From Vibrio cholerae ATCC 14035 (lineage in GTDB: Bacteria > Pseudomonadota > Gammaproteobacteria > Enterobacterales > Vibrionaceae), in the NCBI RefSeq assembly GCF_000621645.1, contig NZ_JHXR01000002.1, positions 270,001-302,000 of the forward strand: DNA of 32,000 bases, given 5' to 3'. This document shows positions 25,073-32,000 of the stretch, piece by piece; the stretch's first letter is position 1, and every line of letters begins with the position of its first letter. The position numbers and the translations under genes are program-made. The notes beneath the pieces are model-generated. The model was not told the origin of the DNA. It ran no database searches and saw only the letters and a program-made list of their open reading frames with translations.

Positions 25073-25813
25073 GTGCCTAACCATCTGACATTAGAGCAGA
25101 TTTCTTTATTCAAACAATTACCCGGTTATTGGGGATGCAAGGACTTAAACTCGGTTTTTGTGTATGCCAACCAAGCCTATGGCGAATTGATCGGCTTAAA
25201 GCGCGCTGAAGATTGCATCGGGCGCACCGATTTTGAAATGCCTAGCCCAACAGCAGCTTGTGCTGCCGAATTTCAACAGCAAGATCGCTATGTGATTGAA
25301 ACGGGGCATTCCGTCAAAGTGCTCGATATTCATCCCTACCCTGATGGCCACTGGCATGCGCATATATTTACCAAGACACCGTGGCGTGATAGCCAAGGCA
25401 AGATCCAAGGCACCATTTTCTTCGGGCAAGATTTAACCGACACTGCGATTCTTGAAGTTGGTCATTGGGTCTGCCGAGCAACTGGGTTATCCACCTCCAC
25501 CACATTTAAATCGGTCGCCGATCGCGATACCTTGAAACTGACCGCGCGTGAATCAGAAGTCCTATTTCTGCTCTTATACGGTAAAAAACCGCAGCACATT
25601 GCACGAGTAATGGGGATTTCGATTAAAACGGTGGAAGGGTATGAGGCCAAACTACGCAGTAAATTTGGGGCATTGAGCAAAGACCAACTGATTGACCTTG
25701 CTTTAGATCGGGGATTCGGCTCAGTCATCCCGAAAACCTTGCTTAGAAAACAACTTTCCGTTGTGCTGAGCGATCACACGATCCCCAAAAAAGTTGACGT
25801 TGTCGCCCAGTAA
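25073..25813 (+). CDS. vqmA: LuxR-type quorum-sensing receptor/transcription factor VqmA (PAS ligand-binding domain plus LuxR HTH)
   Basis: The in-frame GTG at 25073 is preceded by a GGAGGA SD (25061-25066) and gives a 246-aa protein, MPNHLTLEQISLFKQLPGYWGCKD... The C-terminal HTH_LuxR reads LTARESEVLFLLLYGKKPQHIARVMGISIKTVEGYEAKLRSKFG. The 310-aa ORF in the track is an artefactual 5' extension that runs through the VqmR terminator. Confidence 0.9.
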   Translation: MPNHLTLEQISLFKQLPGYWGCKDLNSVFVYANQAYGELIGLKRAEDCIGRTDFEMPSPTAACAAEFQQQDRYVIETGHSVKVLDIHPYPDGHWHAHIFTKTPWRDSQGKIQGTIFFGQDLTDTAILEVGHWVCRATGLSTSTTFKSVADRDTLKLTARESEVLFLLLYGKKPQHIARVMGISIKTVEGYEAKLRSKFGALSKDQLIDLALDRGFGSVIPKTLLRKQLSVVLSDHTIPKKVDVVAQ

Positions 25814-25841
25814 GCAACAACGTCAAGCTGATTGATTGGGC

Positions 25842-26477
25842 TTATGGCGCCAGTCTATCGACTGTCCAATTGTCATCTTGCCGCGAATACAAGAAGCGAT
25901 CATGCAGACGATGTTCACCACCCTGCCAAAATTCCAGACTTTCCGGCCTGATGCGGTAACCGCCCCAGAAGCTAGGCACAGGAATTTCACCGTTTGCAAA
26001 CTTCTGCTTAAGCTCAAGATACTTGCCTTCCAATACTCCACGAGCAGAGATTCGGCTACTTTGGTGGCTAGCGATTGCTGCTATCTGGCTCTCTTTCGGG
26101 CGCGACATGAAATACTTCATGTTTTCCATGGCGGTCAGTTTTTCCGCCACACCTGTGATGTGCACTTGACGTTCTAGCGGATGCCAAGGGAAATGGAGGC
26201 TAATTTTGTTATTGTGCGCAATATGCTGCGCTTTGCGGCTGCCCAAGTTGGTGTAAAACACAAAACCGACATCATCGACATTTTTCAGTAGCACGATACG
26301 CTGAAAAGGTTGCCCGTGTTCATCTACCGTCGCAACCGTCATCGCGGTTGGGTCGGACAAGTTGGCGTCAATTGCTTGCTGCAACCAAAGATTGAACTGG
26401 TCAATTGGGTTGGCCTGCAAATCTTTTCTTCTTAGACCACCATGAATGTATTCGCGGCGAATATCTGAAAGATCCAT
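25842..26477 (-). CDS. pdxH: Pyridoxamine/pyridoxine 5'-phosphate oxidase
   Basis: 211-aa ORF with PNPOx signatures ([28 protein letters not shown]). Confidence 0.93.
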   Translation of the reverse strand: MDLSDIRREYIHGGLRRKDLQANPIDQFNLWLQQAIDANLSDPTAMTVATVDEHGQPFQRIVLLKNVDDVGFVFYTNLGSRKAQHIAHNNKISLHFPWHPLERQVHITGVAEKLTAMENMKYFMSRPKESQIAAIASHQSSRISARGVLEGKYLELKQKFANGEIPVPSFWGGYRIRPESLEFWQGGEHRLHDRFLYSRQDDNWTVDRLAP

Positions 26478-26700
26478 TTCTGCTCCTCACTGATTTTTGC
26501 CCGATTGTGCGCCTATCCCGCTGATAACTCAAGCGAGCAAAGTGATGCCAAGGCCGACAAAATAAGATCACAAATTCTAAAAATTAAGTAATTTATTAAA
26601 ATGCTGAATAGGCCTTTCGCCGCAGATAGCATATCCTTAACAATTATTGGCCCACGTAATAAAATCAACCGACTATCAATGGTGTGAACAGGAACCACTC

Positions 26701-28092
26701 ATGAGCAATCGCAGTTATAACAAGCTCACCGCCGAAGAATTAGACTATGTGGACGATAAAACCGCCGCACTGCTACTCAATACGCCGCACAGCGCACGAA
26801 TCATTCTCTGGGTCATGGTGGCATTTTTTATTCTAGCGATTGCTTGGGCGTCATGGGCAGAAATCGATAAAGTCACGGTCGGCCAAGGTAAAGTGGTTCC
26901 CTCCTCACAAGTGCAAGTGATCCAAAACTTGGAAGGGGGACTGGTCAAGCAGATCCTCGTCCGTGAAGGTGAGCAAGTCCAAAAAGGCCAACAGCTTATC
27001 TTGATCGACGACACACGCTTTCGCTCCGATTTTCGCGAGCGCGAGCAGCAAGTTGCAAACTTAACCGCCAGTGTTCTACAACTTTCTGCTTCCATTTCAA
27101 GCGTCATTATCGATGAGAATTTTGAAGAGAAGAACTGGGCAAATAGCGTACAACTTGATTACAGCAAGCTTGCTTTCCCTCCCGTATTGAGTGATAGCCA
27201 GCCAGATTTGGTTGAACGCCAACGAGATCAATATCGCCAAGATCTCGATAACCTGCGCAACCAATTGTCCGTTCTCTCTCAACAAATCAAGCAGAAACAG
27301 CAAGATTTGATTGAAGCCGAAGCGCGAATCATCAACCTTCGCCAAAGTTATGATTACGCGAAAAAAGAACTCGACATCACTGAGCCTCTCGCCAACGAAG
27401 GCGTAGTCCCGAAAATTGAACTGCTGAAACTACAGCGCCAGTTGAATGATACTCGCCGAGAGTTAACCTCAACTGAGCTAAAAATTCCCGTACTCAAATC
27501 CGCGGTCCGTGAAGCGATGCTCAGTCGAATTAATGCCGCGCAAAAATTCCGAACTGAGCAGCAAGATAAACTCAACCAAGCGCAAGATAAGCTCTCATCT
27601 CTCACTGAATCGGCGGTCGGCCTCGAGGATAAAGTGAACCGTACGGTAGTGGTTTCCCCCGTAACAGGCACCGTAAAAACCCTTTATGTGAACACGGTAG
27701 GTGGGGTGATTCAACCGGGAATGAACATCATCGAAATCGTACCGACTGAAGACACTCTATTGGTCGAGGCTCAAATTGCGCCGCAAGACATCGCCTTTCT
27801 GCGCCCAGATCTGCCAGCTATTGTGAAATTTAGTGCTTATGATTTCACGCGCTATGGTGGCTTAGAAGGCACGCTCGAACACATCAGTGCGGACACTACA
27901 CAGGATGAGGAAGGGAATAGTTTCTATTTGGTTCGCGTACGCACTAAAGAAACCACTCTCGGGCATGATCAAAATTTGCCGATCATTCCGGGAATGACCG
28001 CTTCTGTCGACATTATTACCGGTAAAAGAACTGTATTAGATTATCTGCTGAAACCGATTTTAAGTGCGCAAAGCAATGCGCTGAGGGAATAG
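26701..28092 (+). CDS. lapC: Type I secretion membrane fusion protein (HlyD family)
   Basis: The ORF is 26647-28092; I prefer ATG 26701 (MSNRSYNKL..., AGGAA SD). The protein has an N-terminal TM segment, long coiled-coil hairpin regions, a lipoyl/beta-barrel part and the C-terminal T1SS MFP motif (GMTASVDIITGKRTVLDYLLKP). The symbol is by analogy to the Pseudomonas Lap system. Confidence 0.85.
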   Translation: MSNRSYNKLTAEELDYVDDKTAALLLNTPHSARIILWVMVAFFILAIAWASWAEIDKVTVGQGKVVPSSQVQVIQNLEGGLVKQILVREGEQVQKGQQLILIDDTRFRSDFREREQQVANLTASVLQLSASISSVIIDENFEEKNWANSVQLDYSKLAFPPVLSDSQPDLVERQRDQYRQDLDNLRNQLSVLSQQIKQKQQDLIEAEARIINLRQSYDYAKKELDITEPLANEGVVPKIELLKLQRQLNDTRRELTSTELKIPVLKSAVREAMLSRINAAQKFRTEQQDKLNQAQDKLSSLTESAVGLEDKVNRTVVVSPVTGTVKTLYVNTVGGVIQPGMNIIEIVPTEDTLLVEAQIAPQDIAFLRPDLPAIVKFSAYDFTRYGGLEGTLEHISADTTQDEEGNSFYLVRVRTKETTLGHDQNLPIIPGMTASVDIITGKRTVLDYLLKPILSAQSNALRE

Positions 28093-28100
28093 CCCGCCCT

Positions 28101-28763
28101 ATGAAACGTTGGATTGTGCTGTCTCTGGCTATCTGTGCCTCCTCACTCTCGCTAGCGCTCACAAGCAAAGAGCAACAGTGGGTAGATGCGGTGAAGGCAA
28201 CGTATGGCCAGCGAGCAGGCAAACGCGTCGAAACATGGCGTCGCAAAATGGCTGAGCTCGCTCCCGCATCAGAGCAAGAGCAATTAAAAGAAGTGAATGC
28301 CTTTTTTAATCAGCTCAACTTTGTCAACGATATTCACCTATGGGGCTCGAAAGACTACTGGGCGACCCCCTTAGAATTTCTCGGTAGCAACGCGGGAGAC
28401 TGTGAAGATTTCACAATTGCGAAGTATTTCTCGCTGTTAGAACTCGGTGTATCAGATAAGAAACTTCGTCTCGTGTATGTTAAAGCCATTGAATTAAATC
28501 AATTTCATATGGTGTTGGCGTATTACTCCACTCCGAGTGCCGAACCAGTGATTTTGGATAATATCAACCCACAAATTAAACCTGCGTCGAAACGTAAAGA
28601 TCTACTGCCGATTTACAGCTTTAACGGTAAAAATTTGTGGTTAATGAAATCGAATAACGGTCAATTGGCTGGGGACTCTTCGAGACTCAGTTTATGGAAT
28701 GATTTAAGAGCACGAGAGCGCTCACTGAAATTAAATAAACCTCTAGTTAGCTATGATGAGTAG
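28101..28763 (+). CDS. lapG: Periplasmic transglutaminase-like cysteine protease (BTLCP/DUF920), LapG-type adhesin-release protease
   Basis: 220-aa ORF with the signal peptide MKRWIVLSLAICASSLSLA. Catalytic-triad context: GDCEDFTIAKY (Cys), FHMVLAYY (His), ILDN (Asp). Confidence 0.85.
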   Translation: MKRWIVLSLAICASSLSLALTSKEQQWVDAVKATYGQRAGKRVETWRRKMAELAPASEQEQLKEVNAFFNQLNFVNDIHLWGSKDYWATPLEFLGSNAGDCEDFTIAKYFSLLELGVSDKKLRLVYVKAIELNQFHMVLAYYSTPSAEPVILDNINPQIKPASKRKDLLPIYSFNGKNLWLMKSNNGQLAGDSSRLSLWNDLRARERSLKLNKPLVSYDE

Positions 28764-28768
28764 GCACT

Positions 28769-30679
28769 ATGACGCTATACAAACAACTAGTCGCAGGGAT
28801 GATTGCGGTGTTTATTCTGTTGTTGATTTCGGTTTTTACTATCGAATTCAACACCACTCGCAACAGTCTTGAACAACAACAACGCTCTGAAGTCAACAAC
28901 ACCATAAATACGGTGGGTTTGGCTTTAGCGCCTTATCTGGAGAAGAAAGACACCATTGCGGTAGAGTCAGTCATCAATGCGCTGTTTGATGGCAGTAGTT
29001 ACTCGATCGTACGTCTGATTTTTCTCGATGACGGTACGGAAATCCTGCGCTCATACCCTATCCAACCCAATAATGTGCCGGCTTGGTTTACTCAGTTAAA
29101 TCTGTTTGAGCCCATCCATGATCGGCGTGTTGTAACCAGTGGTTGGATGCAATTGGCGGAAGTGGAAATCGTCAGCCATCCTGGTGCGGCTTACGCTCAA
29201 CTCTGGAAAGCATTAATTCGTTTAAGTATCGCGTTTTTGGCGATCTTAGTGATTGGTATGTTTGCCGTCGCCTTCATTTTGAAGCGCTCTCTAAGACCAC
29301 TACAACTCATCGTCAACAAAATGGAGCAGGTTGCTAACAACCAATTTGGTGAGCCTCTACCGCGCCCCAACACTCGAGATCTGATTTATGTAGTAGATGG
29401 CATCAATAAGATGTCTGAACAGGTCGAGAAAGCGTTTAAAGCCCAAGCCAAAGAGGCGCAGCAACTGCGTGAACGTGCTTATCTTGACCCAGTTTCTCAT
29501 CTTGGCAACCGAGCATACTACATGAGCCAATTGAGTGGCTGGCTCTCTGAAAGCGGCATCGGTGGTGTAGCCATTCTACAAGCTGAATTCATCAAAGAGC
29601 TTTATGAAGAGAAGGGCTATGAAGCCGGTGATGGCATGGTGCGCGAACTGGCGGATCGCCTTAAAAACTCCATCACCATCAAGGACATCTCTATCGCTCG
29701 TATCTCCACTTACGAGTTCGGTATCATCATGCCTAACATGGATGAAACTGAGCTCAAAATCGTGGCAGAGAGCATCATCACTTGTGTGGACGACATTAAC
29801 CCTGATCCTACTGGTATGGCGAAAGCCAATTTATCGCTTGGCGTGGTAAGCAATAAGCGTCAATCCAGCACCACAACGCTCTTGTCCCTGCTGGATAATG
29901 CGTTAGCTAAAGCGAAATCCAATCCTGAGCTGAACTACGGCTTTATTAGCAGTGATACTGATAAAATCATCTTGGGCAAACAGCAGTGGAAAACTCTGGT
30001 CGAAGAGGCAATCCATAACGACTGGTTTACTTTCCGCTACCAAGCCGCCAACAGCAGTTGGGGAAAAACATTCCATCGCGAGGTCTTTTCTGCGTTTGAG
30101 AAAGACGGCGTGCGTTACACGGCAAACCAATTCTTGTTTGCCCTTGAACAGCTCAATGCTAGCCATATCTTCGATCAGTACGTGATTGAACGTGTGATTC
30201 AACAGCTTGAAAAAGGCGAACTGACCGATCCACTCGCGATCAACATCGCACAAGGCAGTATCTCTCAACCGAGCTTTATCCGTTGGATCAGCCAAACCTT
30301 AAGCAAGCATCTTTCTGTGGCCAACTTACTGCATTTTGAGATCCCAGAAGGCTGTTTCGTCAATGAACCGCATTACACTGCGCTATTTTGTAACGCAGTA
30401 CGCAATGCAGGGGCGGACTTTGGGGTAGACAACTACGGACGTAACTTCCAATCTCTCGACTACATCAACGAGTTCCGTCCTAAATACGTCAAACTGGATT
30501 ATCTATTTACTCACCATTTGGATGATGAACGCCAGAAATTTACCCTGACCTCAATCTCGCGCACCGCGCATAACTTAGGGATCACCACCATCGCATCACG
30601 GGTTGAAACACAGACTCAGCTCGATTTTCTTTCAGAACATTTCATCGAAGTCTTCCAAGGCTTCATTGTTGATAAGTAA
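28769..30679 (+). CDS. lapD: Inner-membrane c-di-GMP receptor LapD (LapD_MoxY_N periplasmic domain, HAMP, degenerate GGDEF, degenerate EAL)
   Basis: 636-aa ORF with two TM segments flanking a periplasmic domain that carries the GW loop (TSGWMQL). A HAMP domain follows TM2. The GGDEF position reads RISTYEFG and the EAL position reads REVFSAF, both degenerate as expected for a receptor rather than an enzyme. Confidence 0.85.
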   Translation: MTLYKQLVAGMIAVFILLLISVFTIEFNTTRNSLEQQQRSEVNNTINTVGLALAPYLEKKDTIAVESVINALFDGSSYSIVRLIFLDDGTEILRSYPIQPNNVPAWFTQLNLFEPIHDRRVVTSGWMQLAEVEIVSHPGAAYAQLWKALIRLSIAFLAILVIGMFAVAFILKRSLRPLQLIVNKMEQVANNQFGEPLPRPNTRDLIYVVDGINKMSEQVEKAFKAQAKEAQQLRERAYLDPVSHLGNRAYYMSQLSGWLSESGIGGVAILQAEFIKELYEEKGYEAGDGMVRELADRLKNSITIKDISIARISTYEFGIIMPNMDETELKIVAESIITCVDDINPDPTGMAKANLSLGVVSNKRQSSTTTLLSLLDNALAKAKSNPELNYGFISSDTDKIILGKQQWKTLVEEAIHNDWFTFRYQAANSSWGKTFHREVFSAFEKDGVRYTANQFLFALEQLNASHIFDQYVIERVIQQLEKGELTDPLAINIAQGSISQPSFIRWISQTLSKHLSVANLLHFEIPEGCFVNEPHYTALFCNAVRNAGADFGVDNYGRNFQSLDYINEFRPKYVKLDYLFTHHLDDERQKFTLTSISRTAHNLGITTIASRVETQTQLDFLSEHFIEVFQGFIVDK

Positions 30680-30693
30680 CCAAGGTCAGAGGC

Positions 30694-32000
30694 ATGCAAG
30701 ATACGTTACTCAATTCGCTGGTGTACGTAAGCCGTTATTATGGTTTAGCGAATTCTCCTGAAGCACTGATCAACGGCTTACCGTTGGCTGACGGCAAGCT
30801 CACGCCTTTTCTGTTTCCTCGCTCGGCGGAAAGAGCTGGGCTGATCGCAAAAGAAAACCGCGCGCCGTTAGACCAAATTCCTCATCTGGTGTTTCCTGTG
30901 GTATTGCTGCTCAAAGGCGGTGAGGCCTGCGTACTCAATAGCATCAATCAGGAAACGCAAGAGGCTGAAATTGTTACCGCAGAGTCGGGGTTAGTCCCCG
31001 TCGCTTACTCGCTCAGTGATTTAGAAGCGATGTATATTGGCCGTTACTTTATGGTCAAAAAGCAGTTTCGCTTTGATGAACGCTCACCAGAAGTCCTGAA
31101 ACCCAGAGATGGGCACTGGTTTTGGAGCACCATCTATAAATCCAAGCATATTTATCGCGATGTGTTGATAGCGTCACTGCTGATTAACTTGTTTGCCGTT
31201 GCAGCGCCGATGTTTTCACGGATTGTGTACGACAAAGTCGTCCCCAATTTGGCTTTTGAAACCTTGTGGGTGCTCTCTAGCGGCATCTTAGTGATCTTTT
31301 TGTTCGATTTCGTATTTAAAATGCTGCGCAGCTACTTCATTGATGTCGCAGGAAAAAAATCGGACATTCTGATCTCTTCCAAACTGTTTAGTAAAGTGAT
31401 GGGCATCCGCATGGAGGCTCGCCCACCTTCGGTTGGTGCTTTTGCTCGCCATTTGCAAGAGTTTGAATCGATTCGTGAATTTTTTACATCCGCGACGATT
31501 TCTTCACTGATTGATCTGCCATTCGCCCTGCTCTTTTTAGTGTTGATCTGGTTAATGGCTGGACATTTGGTGTGGGTGCCTGTGATCGGTGTCCTGATTT
31601 TGGTGATTTACTCATTTCTCATTCAAAGCCGCTTAAAACGGGCAATTGAAGAAGGCTCAAGACTCGCCTCACAAAAGTACGCCAACCTCATCGAAAGCTT
31701 AGCAGGACTAGAAACGGTGAAGCTGTTTGGCGCGCAAGGACAATTCCAGTACCGCTGGGAAGAAGCCGTAGCGCACATGGCGAATTGGAACATTAAAAGT
31801 CGCCGCATCACCGATAGTATTCAAAACACCGCCGGTTTTGTGCAGCAAGCAGCCAATATCGGCATGATCATTGTCGGGGTCTACCTGATTTCCAACGGTG
31901 ACCTGACCATGGGTGGACTGATTGCCGCAACGATGCTCAGTGGCCGTGCGATTGGCCCCTTAGTACAGCTCTCACTGCTTTCAACCCGTTACAACCAAGC
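30694..32000 (+). CDS. lapB: Type I secretion ABC transporter, N-terminal C39-like domain plus TMD (partial; the NBD lies outside the window)
   Basis: Absent from the ORF track because there is no stop in the window. ATG at 30694, then 435 open codons: MQDTLLNSLVYVSRYYGLANSPEAL... The C39-like domain has no catalytic Cys at the expected position. ABC type-1 exporter TM helices follow (LLINLFAVAAPMFSRIVYDKV..., LIESLAGLETVKLFGA). Confidence 0.85.
   Translation, partial: MQDTLLNSLVYVSRYYGLANSPEALINGLPLADGKLTPFLFPRSAERAGLIAKENRAPLDQIPHLVFPVVLLLKGGEACVLNSINQETQEAEIVTAESGLVPVAYSLSDLEAMYIGRYFMVKKQFRFDERSPEVLKPRDGHWFWSTIYKSKHIYRDVLIASLLINLFAVAAPMFSRIVYDKVVPNLAFETLWVLSSGILVIFLFDFVFKMLRSYFIDVAGKKSDILISSKLFSKVMGIRMEARPPSVGAFARHLQEFESIREFFTSATISSLIDLPFALLFLVLIWLMAGHLVWVPVIGVLILVIYSFLIQSRLKRAIEEGSRLASQKYANLIESLAGLETVKLFGAQGQFQYRWEEAVAHMANWNIKSRRITDSIQNTAGFVQQAANIGMIIVGVYLISNGDLTMGGLIAATMLSGRAIGPLVQLSLLSTRYNQ

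Noticed and set aside
25793-25826. Inverted repeat TTGACGTTGT...ACAACGTCAA spanning the vqmA stop codon in the 28-bp vqmA/pdxH convergent spacer
   Set aside because: No U-run follows on either strand and half of the stem is coding sequence. It could weakly pause polymerases, but the evidence for a functional bidirectional terminator is insufficient.
26647-26700. Upstream ATG (26647) for the HlyD-family gene
   Set aside because: The 18 extra residues (MAHVIKSTDYQWCEQEPL) have no SD and are unlike MFP N-termini. ATG 26701 has an AGGAA SD and gives the usual short cytoplasmic tail before the TM helix. The choice is not proven.

Overview
The gene content matches a core region of Vibrio cholerae chromosome 2. 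From memory this is roughly the VCA1056-VCA1083 neighbourhood, and I could not run a search to confirm it. I found no prophage, integron cassette, CRISPR array, transposase or obvious defence island.

Gene order, left to right:
- a Cache-domain chemoreceptor, truncated at the window edge (-)
- an SDR oxidoreductase (-) and a divergent LysR regulator (+)
- an archaeal-type TrmY-like SPOUT methyltransferase (+)
- ribB with an FMN riboswitch (-)
- the speF-potE acid/ornithine operon (-), preceded by an unlisted 38-codon speFL-like leader ORF
- an aldehyde dehydrogenase (-) bracketed by two ERIC-like repeats, and an AsnC/Lrp regulator (-)
- a dCache MCP (-) and a 73-aa zinc-ribbon ORF (-)
- the proline-utilisation genes putA, a stand-alone PutA C-terminal-domain ORF and putP (-), with an AraC-type regulator upstream
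- crvA-crvB, tandem paralogous periplasmic coiled-coil/PEGA genes forming the cell-curvature module (+)
- the VqmR sRNA and its activator vqmA (+)
- pdxH (-)
- a tightly packed type I secretion operon, lapC-lapG-lapD-lapB (+), running off the 3' edge

Most of these systems have been described (CrvAB, VqmA/VqmR, LapDG, SpeFL, FMN riboswitch). The less-explained observations are:
- PutA is split by a single in-frame TAA, followed by a perfect Shine-Dalgarno, into a 1039-aa enzyme and a separate 232-aa C-terminal-domain protein.
- The G6-ATTT-C6 palindrome looks like both the crvB intrinsic terminator and the VqmA operator of vqmR.
- The CrvB-specific FGE-sulfatase-like domain lacks the catalytic cysteines.
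- ERIC-like elements are embedded in transcripts and flank one gene.
- A conserved-looking zinc-ribbon miniprotein has no assignable function.

All coordinates of non-ORF features were derived by eye and are approximate to a few nucleotides.
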